A stretch of DNA of 64,000 nucleotides from Callorhinchus milii (taxonomy: Eukaryota). The stretch lies in contig NW_024704742.1 of assembly GCF_018977255.1 (NCBI RefSeq), positions 7,938,001 to 8,002,000 of the forward strand, given 5' to 3'. This document shows, piece after piece, positions 37,425 to 50,195 of the stretch (position 1 is the first letter of the stretch; each line of letters starts with the position of its first letter). The notes beneath the pieces are model-generated. The model made no database searches and had not been told where the DNA came from. It saw nothing but the letters and a program-made list of their open reading frames with translations. Both the position numbers and the translations under genes were made by a program.

Positions 37425-37790
37425 AAGCAACAAGAACTTGCACTTACATAGCGCCCTCCGCGCAGGGCAACGTCTCAGAGTGCTTAACAGTGGCGGAGCC
37501 TGACTCCGAGCCGGGAAGAGGAAAGTTTTCAGCGGTACTTGAAAAAGGGGAGAGGGGAGGCAAGGCAGAGGGATTGAGGGAGAGTGTTCCAGAGTTTGGG
37601 GGCCTAGTGGCTGAAAGCGCGACCTCCGATGGTGGGGCAGAGGGTGCGAGGGACAAGCAGGAGGTGGTGTCAGTCGAGCAGAGCCCCGGGTGGTGGATTG
37701 GGGAGTGAGGAGGTCGGAGAAGTAGGGAGGTGCCAGGGAATGAAGGGATTAATTCTTAATTCCACATCCTGGTGGTTTCCGGTCTGATTT
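37425..37790 (-). mobile_element. L2 LINE 3' end (family B)
   Basis: Tail gcgccctccgcgcagggcaacgtctcagagtgcttaacagtggcggagcc, shared with 40205 and 43195. Confidence 0.85.
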
Positions 37791-38064
37791 CTGAGTCGAT
37801 TTCTATTTAAGAAATGTTTCCAGAAAGAAAAAGTAGCAATTTCATTGGGAATTGGATTCGAAGACATATTCGATGTGATGAAAGTCTACTCTGTCTGTTA
37901 GCTCTGAAAGTCCTGATATAAGCTTCTTAGCTTTGAACACTCTAAACCTAGTTCCTAGTACATAATCGAGAGGTATAGGAGAGGGGATTAGGACGGGTGA
38001 AGGAGACCAGAGTAAAATATAAACTGGTTGGCTGAATGGTCTCCTTCCGTGCTGTGTCGTTCTA

Positions 38065-38300
38065 TAAGAGGATAGAGTTTAAAATCCTCCTCCTCGCCTT
38101 CAAAGCCCTCCACAGCCTTCCTCCTTCCCACCTCTGCGACCTGCTGACCCCATATCAACCTGTCCGCTCCCTCTGCTCGGCAGGCTGTGTCCTATTCTAC
38201 ATCCCCTGCCCGGCCCACCCCGACTTTGGCAGTAGGAACTTCAGCCTCTCTGCCCCCACCCTCTGGAACTCCATCCCTTCACCTCACGCCCTCCCTTGCC
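38065..38300 (+). mobile_element. L2 LINE C-terminal fragment
   Basis: RIEFKILLLAFKALHSLPPSHLCDLLTPYQPVRSL...FSLSAPTLWNSIP (ORF 38036-38434). Confidence 0.9.
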
Positions 38301-38627
38301 CCCTTGGACCACACTGGAGTGTCAGCCTGGACGGTGAATTCAAACGCACGGCCCAGAGCTCAAGTGGAGCATTTCAGCGGTCGGAGAGCCAAGTGCTGCG
38401 AGGGGTGGGGGGGGGGGGGGGTGGCAAGGGTTAAAACAACCTAAGCGGTAAGAACACTGTGTACTTCATGCTGTTAGAGACTTGAAGAACGTGTCACATT
38501 TTATAGAAGCCAGCAGGACGAAATTTATGTCCATGTGGACAAACACGGTAAGTTTAAAGTGTTCCTGTGCGGGGAAGGGCCCGGGGCTTCACTTGTTTGT
38601 CGGTCTACGCGGGATGTCGATACGAAG

Positions 38628-38979
38628 GTGGAGTCCTGTAGCTCAGTGGTTGGCACACTCGCCTCACAAACGTGAGGGAGCGATTCGATTCCTGGGCAGG
38701 TCGAAATGTTGGGCAAGTTTCCTTACTCCGCACGCCTCTGTTTACCCAGCAGTAAGTAGGAACCCGGTTGTTAATCGATTGGCGGATCTCTTCTCCGGGG
38801 GTGATAATACCTTCAAAAATAATCCTAATAATAATAATTCTGTCGCTCTGTCCACAACAGTTTGTGGCACAAAATATATACAGTCAATTCACTTTACAGC
38901 ATATTCTGTGAAGCGCTTTGAGACGTCGGGAAGATGTGAAAAGCGCTATATCAAATGCAAGGATTATTATTATTATTAT
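38628..38979 (+). mobile_element. CORE-like SINE, long subfamily
   Basis: Head, middle, partly deleted 3' body, tail. Confidence 0.9.
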
Positions 38980-39269
38980 AAGTGGGTAGCACTGTAGAAT
39001 TATCATACTGAATCTCTCAAGGTATGGCTTTGTTACAATGGTTTGCCCTGTAAGTAGCTTTGAAAGTTCATTGGCCTCCAGCTTGGATCCAAGCCTGAAC
39101 GAGACTAGCAGAGAAAGAAAACACTTTTATCTGCTCAGGGGCGGCACGTGAATGCTGATTTACAGGAAAAACTGGCTGATTTACGTGAGTTATTTCTAGA
39201 TGATCAAAGCTATCAAACGATCACTATGGTCTGAATGCAACCTTTGGGTGTCTGTGCGTGTATGTATGG

Positions 39270-39430
39270 GCGTGTACGTTGGGTGAAGACAAAACCTTAC
39301 TGTGATTCACTCCACTGTCATAAAGCCTAATGAGACTCAATGCTCTTTACACTCCCCCATTAACAATGGTTACTTGGGTGATGCGATTTAGTGCCTGGCA
39401 CTCCAATGGATTCAATTCCTTGGAAAGGAT
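39270..39430 (+). mobile_element. AmnSINE2-like relic (3' part)
   Basis: gtacgttgggtgaagaca...tgtgattcactccactgtc...aacaatggttacttgggtga aligns to 7985-8100. Confidence 0.45.
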
Positions 39431-40204
39431 AAAGAAGTTAAATTGAAGTTGTGTAAAAGGGCGCCACTGGATTCCAAGGTTTCGGATGATGGCCCCAGAA
39501 CTTTCCTTTCACCACACAAAGTCATAATCATGTTGGATTTACGGCACGGCATAATCAGGCAAAACAAGTTGCCTCTTGCAGTGTTTAGCTGGGAGTGAAG
39601 CGATTCTAGAAACAATGGTCGGAAATTGTAGCAATTAGACCTTGACAGGGGAACCAAACCCTGAGCTACGCCTTTCACCTGTTCTCATTCTGAGGGTGTC
39701 ATAAATTAATACTGTAACTGGAAAGAGGAATGTCCTCAGCTTGTGACTAGCGGGAGATGTCCAGCAGACAGCCCGAAACCCAGACCAACTTCACAACCTG
39801 ATGCATACTAATGTTGCCTGACTGAATGCATAATTTCTTACAGCATATTTAACTGGAGTTTGTTTTCTGGCCAGAACATTTCTCTTCTTCAGTTGGCTGG
39901 TTGTAGTGAAAAGATCGGCGGGCAACACACTGACAAGTGCCCCTTAACAACATTTATACTCTGCTTCCTTGGGTAATGAAGTGTGAACACCACCGCTTGC
40001 TGAAACGTTGTTTTATTTTGTACCAGCTGTTTGAGGTGCAGATCTAACTCTTGTGGTCTGCCGTAAATTAATCGCATCCATAGTCCACTAACATTTATTT
40101 TCACTTGTTTTGTGGTGAATTTTCTTTTCATTAAGGTGAACGATGTGAGCGCTGAGAATTGGCCTACTTTTTCACGGTAGAACCAAGCATCAGTAACGAC
40201 CACG

Positions 40205-40855
40205 ACGACAACAACTTGCATTTATATAGTGCCCTCCATGCCAGGCAGCATCTCAGAGTGCTTAACAATGGCGGAGCCCAAGGCCGAGCCGGGGTGGGGG
40301 GGGAAGATGACTGTTGGCGCGGTCGAAAAGGAAGGTCTTCAGGTGCCATCTGAGGACGGGAAGGAGAGGGTGAGGTAAAGAGGTTGAGGGAGTGAGTTCC
40401 AAATTTTCAGGATGTAGTGGCTGAAGGCACGGCCACCGATGGTGGAGCAGAGGAATCAGAAGGCGTGGAAGAGGCTGGACCCAGTAGAGTGGAGGCAGCG
40501 GGTAATGCTGTGGGGAGAGAGGAGGTTAGAGCGATAGGGAGGAGCCAAGGCGTCGAGTGATTTAAACTCGGGAGTGAGGATCTTGAAGTCGATCCGTTCT
40601 GTGACAGGGAGCCAGTGGAGTTTGGCAAGGACTGGAGTTATCGGGGTGCGGAGTTTGGTGCGGGTGAGAATGCAGGCGGCGGAGTTTTGAATGAGCTGGT
40701 TTTCGTGAATAGTGGAGGAGGGGAGACCGGCGAGGAGGGCGTTAGAGTAATCCAGCCCAGAGGTGACAAAGGCACGGACAAGGATTTCGGCAGCTTTTGG
40801 GGTGAGGTATAGTCGGAGACGGGCAAAGTGGCGGAGGTGCAAGAAAGCACTGCTG
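40205..40855 (-). mobile_element. L2 LINE 3' portion (family B)
   Basis: AFLHLRHFARLR..LTPKAAEILVRAFVTSGLDYSNALLAGLP...QLIQNSAA..LT...LHWLPVTERIDFKIL (ORF 40456-40890). Confidence 0.92.
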
Positions 40856-40914
40856 GTCAGTATCAAGCACTCCCAGTTCAGGTATGGCACAGTTAAATGT
40901 AATAATGTAATTAA

Positions 40915-41545
40915 TATAACAATAGTAATCCTCGCATTTAATATAGTGCCTGATCACAGTGTCAAAATGTCTCAAAGATCTTTAACATCCATCTGTGCAG
41001 CCAAACAGGACTTTGGTTAACATCTCTTCCAAAGGACAGCACGTCCAGCAATGGGGCACACCCCCAGCACTGCATTGGAGTATCAGCCGAGGCAATTTAT
41101 GGGGCTAGAAACCAAAGACTCTGTGGAGTCCCGTAGCATAGAGGTTAGCACGTTTGCCTCGCAAACAAGAGAACCTGGATCCGATTCTCGGGTAGGGCGA
41201 AACCTTAGACAAGTTTCCTTACTCCACACGCCTCTGTAGACCTAGCATTAAATAAGAACCCGGTTGTTGGTCGATCAGCGGTTGCTTTCCCCCGGGTAAT
41301 AATCTCTTCAAAAAAATATGGTCACTCAATCCACGACTGTTTGTGGGACACAACTGTGCGCAATTCGCTGCTGCGTTTCGCCCACAAAATACACAGCCAA
41401 TCCACTTTACAGTATATCCTGTGAAGCGCTTTGAGACGTCTCGACAACTTGATGAGGCGCTGTATCAAATGCAAGGATTATATTTTATTACGATTTAATC
41501 TTCTAACTCAAAGGTAAGAGTGCTACCAGCTGAGCCAGGATGACA
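40915..41545 (-). mobile_element. Deu-domain SINE split by a younger SINE
   Basis: Tail and core at 40915-41110; head resumes at 41495-41545. Confidence 0.65.
41123..41490 (+). mobile_element. CORE-like SINE, long subfamily, nested in a Deu-SINE
   Basis: Full-length copy. Confidence 0.9.
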
Positions 41546-43006
41546 TTGATAATGCTCAGGTTTTACTTATTTTTTTCTGTGGCATGAAATCAAGTGAGAT
41601 CAGTCACAGGTGTCAGCCTACTTGGGCAGAGCAGAATTAAGTCTTCTGACAGATCCTGTTCCAGTCACCATTGCCACTTTCACGCAGCAGGATTACTTTA
41701 TGCATCTGTGGCACCAAGCTATTTTCTCAAAGATTTATTGCAAAACATGTTGTGCCAGAAATAAAATGTGCAAGGATTGGCCGGCACAGATAATGATAGA
41801 CATTCAAGCTTGGCTTGTTGTTCAACAGGAACCTTGCACGCAATTTGCCTGAGGTGCCTGTGAAGTGGTTAAAGTCTGTTTTAGTCAAAAAGAAAAATGG
41901 GTTTGCAGGTACCATTGACTCATTACTATCGTTTCATCAAGATAACAGCTGGGAGCTTACCACGCCCTTGTTATCTAGCCACCATGTATTCAGTCATCAA
42001 TTCTTTGTGTTCAGGACTTCAATAAATCTAATAACAATCTATATAATAACTTTTGCATTTGCTACAGTGCCTTATCACATCATCAAGATCTCTGAAAGCA
42101 CTCTACAGGAAATACTGCAGAGTGGTGTGATTATGTGGTATTTTGCAGGTGAATGCGGCATCCAATTTGAACACAGCAATGTCCCACAAACATCTATGGA
42201 GTGAGTGACCGATTTTATTTGGAGGATTGTTGGCCAGGACCCTGAGAGAAATTCCTTTCCTGCCCTAGTTCTGTTAGTGTTACTGTATTATAATATAGTT
42301 ACAAGAACTGAGATCCCAAACTGTTAACAATTTTGCAACGTGATGGTTTAGGGAGTAAAGAAAAGCCCAAGTAGAATTAACCAGGGTTTGACACCGGTTC
42401 TCACTTCTAATTGTTTCCTTGCAAATAGTTTGTGATTGTGCTGTATCAGCAGGGAGAACTGTGTGAATGACACTCGATATCATTCTGTGAAGTATAGGGC
42501 ACATAGCCCTCCCAGGCCACCCCACCACTGAGTCATTCCATTAATCACACTGTGACAAGCCAGATTTTGCAAGCAAGTCTAATGCCATAATGCTCTCCGG
42601 ATACAGAAAGTCCCATTAGACATTGCCCTGTTGTACCTGTGATTTAAAAAGAGGAGGGAAAAGGACAGAATGCAATTAACTGCACTTTCAATTGCTCATG
42701 TCAGGTTTCTGAATCCAAAGATGGTAGCAGAAGCAATTTGGTCTGTCAAAAATATTCTGCATTCGGCAGTATAAATGCGAAATGGAACAAATGGGGTGGC
42801 AGAGAGCGCCAAATACTGTCCCTGATATAGCCAGTGAGATAACCTCCTCCCCCTCTCCTTTCCTTCACCCTCTCCCCTCCACCCTCAACCGGTGTCCAAG
42901 CCCACCAAGAAAAGGCCACAAAGAACACAGAGAAAGTATTAAAGAGGATGTTTTATTGATGCTAGTCTGTAAATGGAGCATTAAGAATAGGACAACAGAC
43001 AGGATA

Positions 43007-43190
43007 TAATAATAATAATCCTTGTATTTGATATAGCACCTTATCACGTCTTCGAGACGTCTCAAAGGGTTTCACAGAATATACTGTAAAGTGAATTGAC
43101 TAAATAATTTGTGGGCAAAATATGGCAGCCAATTGTGCACAGCAGCGTCCCACAAACAGTCGTAGATTGGAGTGACCAATTTATTATTAA
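43007..43190 (-). mobile_element. SINE 3' half
   Basis: Reverse-complement tail with tcttcgagacgtctc. Confidence 0.88.
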
Positions 43191-43194
43191 TATG

Positions 43195-43795
43195 ACAACA
43201 ACAACTTGGATTTATATAGCGCCCTCCACACCGGACGGCGTCTCAGACCGCTTCACAGTAACGGATCCCTGGGCCGAGCCAGGGGAAGGGGGGATGGGGA
43301 GGAAGGTGACCAAAGGCGCGGTCGAAGAGAAAGGTCTTCAGCCGAGACCTGCAAATAGGAAGAAAGGGAGCGAGGCGAAGGGAGTGAGGAGGGAATTCCA
43401 GAGCTTCGGGCGTAGTGGCTGAAGGCACGCCACCGAGGGTGGAGTGGAGGACTCGGGGGACGAGGAGGAGGCCAGACCCGAAGGAACGAAGGTGATGGGC
43501 ACTGTTGTGAGGAGAGAGGGGGTCAGAGAGGTAGGAGGGTGCAGAGGAGTGGAGGGATTTGAAGACAAGGGTGAGGATCTTGAAGTCGATTCTCTCTGGG
43601 ATAGAGCCAGTGCAGTCTGGCAAGGACTGGGGTGATCGGGGAGCGAAGTTTCGTGCGGGTGAGACTGCGGGCGGCAGAGTTTTGAATGATCTGGATTTTA
43701 TGGATGGTAGTGGAGGGGAGACCGGCGAGGAGGGCGTTAGGATAGTCCAGCCAAGAGGTGACAAAGGCATGGACCAGGGTTTCAGTGGCTGTCAG
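43195..43795 (-). mobile_element. L2 LINE 3' portion (family B)
   Basis: ERIDFKILTLVFKSLHSSAPSYLSD...RLKTFLFDRAF (ORF 43243-43770); family B tail. Confidence 0.92.
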
Positions 43796-44199
43796 AGAGA
43801 GGTATATGGCTGGATGTTCTCATGTGTCAATGTTGTCAATGATCCAGTATTGTGGAGTCTTGTAGCTTAGTGGTTAGAGCACTCACCTTGCAAGTGATAG
43901 GACCTGAGTTTTATTCCCAAGCTGTGTGAAACATTAGACAAGTTTCCTTACTCCACACGACTCTCGACATGTGTGGCTCTCCTCCTCTCATGTGACACAG
44001 AACTGTTCGGCAGTGAACAGAAGGGAAACAAAAATGTGGCACAGACAACCGTGGGAAGCAAACTACAACAAATTTGACATTGACATGTTTCTTAAAAAGA
44101 ACATATGAAAAAGTAATGAGGTAAAAACTATGGTGAGATTGTGATCTGATAATTACCATTGGTGATGATTATCACGTTGGTGAAAACACACACACACCC

Positions 44200-44530
44200 C
44201 TGAGGGGTTTTGGTGGGGTAGACAGGGAGAAGCAATTTCCACTATTAGAGTCAGTAATTCGGGGTCATAGTTATAAGATCGTCACAAGAGGAAACAAAAG
44301 GAGAGTCCAGGCATAATATTTTTCACTTAGTTGTTGGGATGTCAAATGCCCTGCCAAGTAAGGAGCAGAGTCTATTGATAGTTTCAAGAGGGAAGTAACA
44401 GATATATTCCAGGTACAGGCTGGAAGGGGTAAGAGGATAAGGCAGGGCAGTAGAATTGAATGAACACCTTGCTCCGAGAGCCAACGCAGACCTCAATGGG
44501 GCGAATGGGTTGTAACTTTCTATGATTCAA
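44200..44530 (+). mobile_element. CR1 LINE 3' end
   Basis: ggggtagacagggagaagcaatttcca...ggggtcatagttataag...tttcaagagggaag...ttctatgattc. Confidence 0.8.
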
Positions 44531-44544
44531 ATCATTTTTACCAA

Positions 44545-44910
44545 TAATAATAATAATATTAATCCTTGCATTTGATATAGGACTTTTAATGTCTTCTAGA
44601 TGTCTCAAAGCGCCTCACAGAATATACTTTAAAGATTGTATATTTTTTTGTGGGCGAAACACGGCAGCCAATTGCGCACAGCAGTGTCTCACAAACAGTC
44701 ATGGATTGAGTGACCAAATTATTATTGGGTTTTTTTGAGGGATTATTATCCACGGGAAACCGATCCGCCAATCGACTAATAACCGGGTTCCTACTTACTA
44801 CTAGGTAAACAGAGACGTGTGGAGTAAGGAAACTTGCCCAACATTTCACCCTGCCAGGAATAGAACCCAGATCTCTCGCTTGCGAGGCGAGTGCTCTAAC
44901 CACTTAGGAC
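44545..44910 (-). mobile_element. CORE-like SINE, long subfamily
   Basis: Near full length. Confidence 0.92.
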
Positions 44911-45132
44911 TTTTTTCAAGAACTCGTTTGCTGCCAGCACTGGAGATGATCCAGTTCTCAAAATGAACCGGGAGCATTTGCTAACCCTGTCTATTCATGA
45001 GATGCACTTGGGGTTGTCAACACATACAGAATGTAATGTTTGAGATCATATTCATTTGCAACCAGGAGTTTCCAAATACTGTCGAAGCTTGTCACACCAC
45101 TGAAATCTTACAACAAATTCTCATTCTCATTT

Positions 45133-45485
45133 GTGGATTCCTTTAGCATAGTGGTGATGGCGTCCTCCTTGCAAACGAGAGAACCTGGGTTCAATTCCTG
45201 GTCGGGGTGTACCCTTAAGCAAGATTCCTTATACTGCCTCTGTTTACCCAGCAGTAAGTAGGATCCGGTTGTTAGTCGATTAGTGGATCGCTTTTCCAGG
45301 GATAATAATCCCTTAAAAAAATATTAACAATTTGGTCACTCAATCCACAAATGTATGTGGACACTGTTGTGTGCAATTGGCTGCCGCGTTTCACTCACAA
45401 AATACACAGTCACTACACTTTACAGTATATCCTGTGAAGCACTGTGAGACGTCTGGAAGACGTGATAAGGCGCTATATCAAATGT
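45133..45485 (+). mobile_element. CORE-like SINE, long subfamily
   Basis: Diverged head, intact middle and tail hairpin. Confidence 0.88.
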
Positions 45486-46184
45486 CGTCGTCCCCGCTCG
45501 CTGTCCAACCCGCAACTCTCTCAATCACACTCCCTGAGACGTCATCACAGGAGCAACACAGCTTATATAAATATAAATTGCTTGAGATATCCACTCCTGT
45601 TTCTGAATAGGAAAAGAAGGGAAGCACAAAAGAAATGGAGGGAAGTTGAGAGAAAGAAAAACTTTCTTTCGTGTTTTTACAGGGAGTACTTATGTCAAAA
45701 TATCTCAGAACATTTGACAAGCAATTACTGTCAAGGGCAGTCACGTTTCTTTCTGGCAAACAAAGCCAGCAAGGTAGACAGCCATGAGGTGAATGTCCAA
45801 TTAATCTGAATAATCACCTATAATTCCATCAGGATATGCCCTTTCACATGGTTTATGTATGGTGCATAATCATATGGTTGTATATCTTGATCCCAGCTTT
45901 TGAGAGAATGAACTCATTTAATCAAGACCATAGAAAACACAAAGCAACAAAGGGCCATTTAGCTATCAGGTCCACTCCATCCTTATCATAAATTCTATCA
46001 CACTCATTTCATGTCCTGAGGAATCATTATATGTTTGCACATACTGATCTCAAAGACGCTTAAGTAAAATAATAATCTTTGCAATTGAATTAGCCCCTTA
46101 TCACATTATCGAGACATCTCAAAGCGCTTTGCTGAATATGCTGTAAAGTGAATTGACTGCATATTTTGTGGGTGAAAACAATGT

Positions 46185-46540
46185 TGGGGCTTGAACTCAT
46201 CTTGGTTAACATTTCAGTACAGTACTCGGAAAATACTGCATTGTGAAAATTGCCATCCTTTGGATGGGATGTAAACCAAGGTCTGGTCTATCTGTTCTTC
46301 AGGTGAACCTTATAGATCCCATTACATAATTCAAACAAGAAGAGAGTTTCTCCTTATGTACTGTCCAGCAACCCTTCAAACTAGTGGGTCCATTGCCTCA
46401 TGGCTGTTTGTGGGTCCTTGATGTATGCAAAATAGTTGGAGCATTTACTGACAAAATCACATGTTACATTTGATAGTAATGGTATGTGAAAGACTTTCAA
46501 TAGTTCCACCGTGATATGGCGCCATAAAAACAAGAGGTTT
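46185..46540 (+). mobile_element. Old Deu-domain SINE
   Basis: gccatcctttggatgggatgtaaaccaaggtctgg...caggtgaaccttatagatcccat... Confidence 0.65.
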
Positions 46541-48589
46541 CTTGATTTGGACTAGTTGTTGATTTTACTCTAAACCTATTCCTACAACCTCTATAAATAT
46601 TTAGAAGCATGAATTTCCAGTCTCCGGAAAAGTCTTGACACCAATGTTTTGCATTGACTGGTAAACTCTGATTTTACCAAATGCATTTTTGCTGCCTTGA
46701 CACACGTCTATAGTTTGTGAGCTTCCAGACACTAGAATCTTTAAAGACTTATACTGCACATCCGAATTGCCTACAAAAAAAATTCCTTTCACGCTTTTAA
46801 TTACTGTTGTAATTCAATGAAATTATGCCTTGGGTACCAATAAATTCACACAAGTGAAGGATATATGTAATTTTTTATTAACTGAAAAATAAATCATGGA
46901 AAGTTAATGTGTAAATTGTACGTAATTAACTCTTTGCAGTCATTCCTCTGTACTGAAACTGAAATACTAACAGTTGAATACTGCGTTGTTTGATAACAGA
47001 TTGAATGCGGTAATTGGCACATTGAATCTGTTAATCGCATTTCTTTTTGAGATTGCAATGTTCCTGTTAGGCAGATAATGCTGTGAACAAAAAAATTATA
47101 CTTTTATTAAAAATTCTTCTCACTTTTATCTCTCTCCGAGACTCTACCCCACGTGAAGGGTGCTATATAAATGCAAGCTGTTGTTGTTGTTGTTATTCTC
47201 TTCTTTTCCTGAACGGACTTCTGGATCCCAGAGGTCTGTTCCGGAAATGAAAACACTCCTCTAACGCTTCCCCCAAGTCATCATCATTCATGTGGGAAAG
47301 TGAACCATGATGGGTTATGCAAACGTAGAGGATATTACATCCGTATGGAAGCTTTTCTAACCAGACAACTTCAAATGTGCACTTAACAGTAGGCCAAGGT
47401 AATGTGGAGCAAGACTTTTGTCCCATTTTCCCATTACATTTCAGGCACTGACCCCAGTTGCAGCACAATGTTCCTCCCACCCTCCCACCCACCCTTAATG
47501 AGAGTGTCTAACAGTTATTGTCTAACAAAAGGCCAGAGGTCCAATCAACAACGAATGAACCTATGACCTGACTGGTTGGCATAGACTAATCCAGGACTTG
47601 CCTTTGCAAAAGTCCAAATATAATGACGTCATCTATTGGACTCGTCCTTAGCTTTCTTGTGCATTGGGTGCACAGGAAATGGTGACGGCTCCACTTCCTG
47701 CACAATACATATATCTATGAAGTGATGACAGTGGGAGCCATGTTTAAGGAAATGGCATCAAAAATGTACTTCTTGTACATTTTCAGGACAACTCAGTACT
47801 TGTACTTCTCGTACAAGAACTTCTTGTACATTTTCAGGGCAGATCAGTAATGTTATTATCACTATTGTTATTTAACTCAATAATGCGCAGATTGTATTAA
47901 TGTTAGATTAGTTTTCAATAACTCTCAAATGAAAAATTGCAGTCTTGTAACCTCCTTCGAAGAGTCTGGTTTATTACAAATGATTTGTACGATATTGTTT
48001 AGCATGAATAACAGCATCGAGTTATTTGAAAATTGGATTGTCAGGACTTTTTTAAACTGTGACTATGACTGTGTTTTATCAAAGTATACGGTCTTCTACA
48101 GGGTGGTGTTTGTTGTTTTCCTTTAGTCCTTGCTTCCTCTGGTAAGGTCCTCATGTTGACACACACTAATCTAAGGCTCAGGGACATGTAGGTGACCTTT
48201 CCTGGGGTGCGTGAGAGAGGTTGTATTAGCTTGCTCTTCGATTTCTCCTCCCTTCCGCTCTGAGTAATGTTTCCATCACTGCAATTATTCCCATATAAAC
48301 CAGCCAAATATAGATACCAGAGTAATTTCCCCACATATGCCTTACAGTTTTGAAAAACATTTATAGCAGCTCCAACATTTTCGCTATATTCTTAATAACC
48401 CTTCACAAGCAAGGATAGTATTTCTATAAGGCGTGATCCATATTATCCATTACACAGCAAAGAGTGTATGTAAACATTTTTTGCATCTTTACTGGGAACT
48501 GTGTAATACTGTGGAGTAGAAACTCCCTTTGACCTTCACCGTTGAAGATGTGGGGAAGAGACGGGTTACACAGTGTCTTTTCTCTTTTG

Positions 48590-48730
48590 GGAACTGGAAT
48601 GAAAGTCAATTCTCTTTAGCGTCTGTTAAGTTCCGATGTGAATTGTTTAGGCCACCTTAATCCAGTGGGATATGTGTCCCACAAAACAAGTTTGGCACTG
48701 TATTCACAGTCTCATTCACAGAGGTCACAA
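48590..48730 (+). mobile_element. LF-SINE-like relic
   Basis: gaaagtca...ctgttaagttccgatgtgaattg...tccagtggga...gtgtcccacaaaac...ttggcac...cagtctca...gaggtca follows the recalled LF-SINE body order. Confidence 0.4.
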
Positions 48731-49004
48731 TTTGGGAAGTGGAAAATTTGCATTCAAATTTCCTCTGAGGTTGGGTTTAAAGGGGCAGAGAAATCTGAGT
48801 AAAATGCTTTCGCAGTTAGTGAACGCACTGTTCAGTGGGGTCTATCTAGTTTGTGGGTGTTCCAGTCATGTGTGATTCTGGAATTGTTTTCACGAGTTGC
48901 TAGTAACCCAATTAAAGGCATGCATACACATCGCGGTGTACATGCACCTTTACATACGGTTTGCGCAAGGTGCAAATTAGACCGCAGTATGAAACTGACA
49001 TACA

Positions 49005-49700
49005 CCAGACAAGGAAGGTCCCAGGTGTCCAATCCCTGCTTTGTGCTGAGTTAGTTGATCACAGCCAAGTTAGCATTGGTATGCTTTGCAATTACCTTCT
49101 AAACCACTGAGCTAGACAAGAGAAACCTATCAACCAGCATTCCTGATTGCTGATCACGACTGCTGATTCCAGCACCACAAAAGTGTGGTCTTGGGATAGA
49201 ATAGGGTCAAGCTTTGCTGAATTGAGGTGTTTAAGATTATGAATAGATTCAATAAGTTGGACATCACTATGCTTTTTCCAATCATCGGTGAGTCCACAAA
49301 GAGGGGACAAAAATATAAAACAACTCGTAGTGGATCTTATGGAGTTTAAGAGGAAGTTCTTGACACAGAGGGTGATCAGAGTGTGGAACTGACTGCCAGA
49401 AGCCGTGGTTGAAGCTTAAATCAATGGTCTTCAGCGAAAACTTGTTATATGGGAAATGGGAATACAAGGGTGTGAGAGAGTGTGGATTAGAGGGGTGGAG
49501 GACTCATGTGAAGTATAAACACTAGTTGAGCCTATTTCCGTGCTGTACAACCTATTTAATTCTATTTATACCTCCCTCCCCCAGACAATCAGATTGCTAA
49601 CACTGCCAGGTCTCACAAGTGAAAAATGACCTCTTGGATGAGACATGACCAGTCAAACCACAGCCAAGCCTTTAGGAGAGGGGGGAGAGTGTAAAAAAAC
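49005..49700 (+). mobile_element. AmnSINE2/UCON3-like SINE split by a CR1 insertion
   Basis: 5' part cagacaaggaaggtcccagg...tgtgctgagttagttgatc (49005-49218); 3' part ...aacactgccaggtctcacaagtgaaaaatgacc...tttaggagaggggggag (49570-49700). Confidence 0.6.
49219..49568 (+). mobile_element. CR1 LINE 3' end
   Basis: gaggtgtttaagattatg...ttcttgacacagagggtgatcagagtgtggaactgactgcc...gcctatttccgtgctgta. Confidence 0.85.
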
Positions 49701-49729
49701 GAATGGCTTCAACAACAACTGCTTGCGGA

Positions 49730-50195
49730 GGGGACGAGGGATATGCAGGAGATCAGAGCCAGTCGAGTGGAGGCAGTGGATAGTGGAGTGGGGAGACAGA
49801 AGGTCAGAAAGGTAGGGAGGTGCCAGGGGTGTGGAGGGATTTGTAGACAAATGAGAGGTTCTTGAAATCGATCTGTTCTGTGATAGGGAGCCAGTGGAGC
49901 TTGGCAAGGACTGGGGTGATGGGAGTATGGAGTTTAGTGTGTGTGAGAATGCAGATGATGGAGTCCTGAATCAGTTGTAGTACATGGGTGGTGGAGCTGG
50001 GTAGACCGACGAGGAGGACATTAGAGTGGTCGGGGCAAGAGGTGGTGGGAGGTGACAAAGGCGTGGACGAGGGTTTCAGCTGCATTGGGGGTGATATGCG
50101 GGCAGAGGCAGGCAGAGTGACAGAGGTGGAGGAAAGCTATTTTGGTTAGGGACCGGATACGGGGGAGGAAAGACAGCTGGGGGACAACTTTGTAG
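49730..50195 (-). mobile_element. L2 LINE fragment
   Basis: AFLHL...NAAETLVHAFVTS; LQLIQ...LAKLHWLPITEQIDFK. Confidence 0.9.

Noticed and set aside
38482..38997. 171-aa ORF and the many similar ORFs ending KCKDYYYY or containing IIIII
   Set aside because: Chance read-through of SINE sequence and (TTA)n tails.
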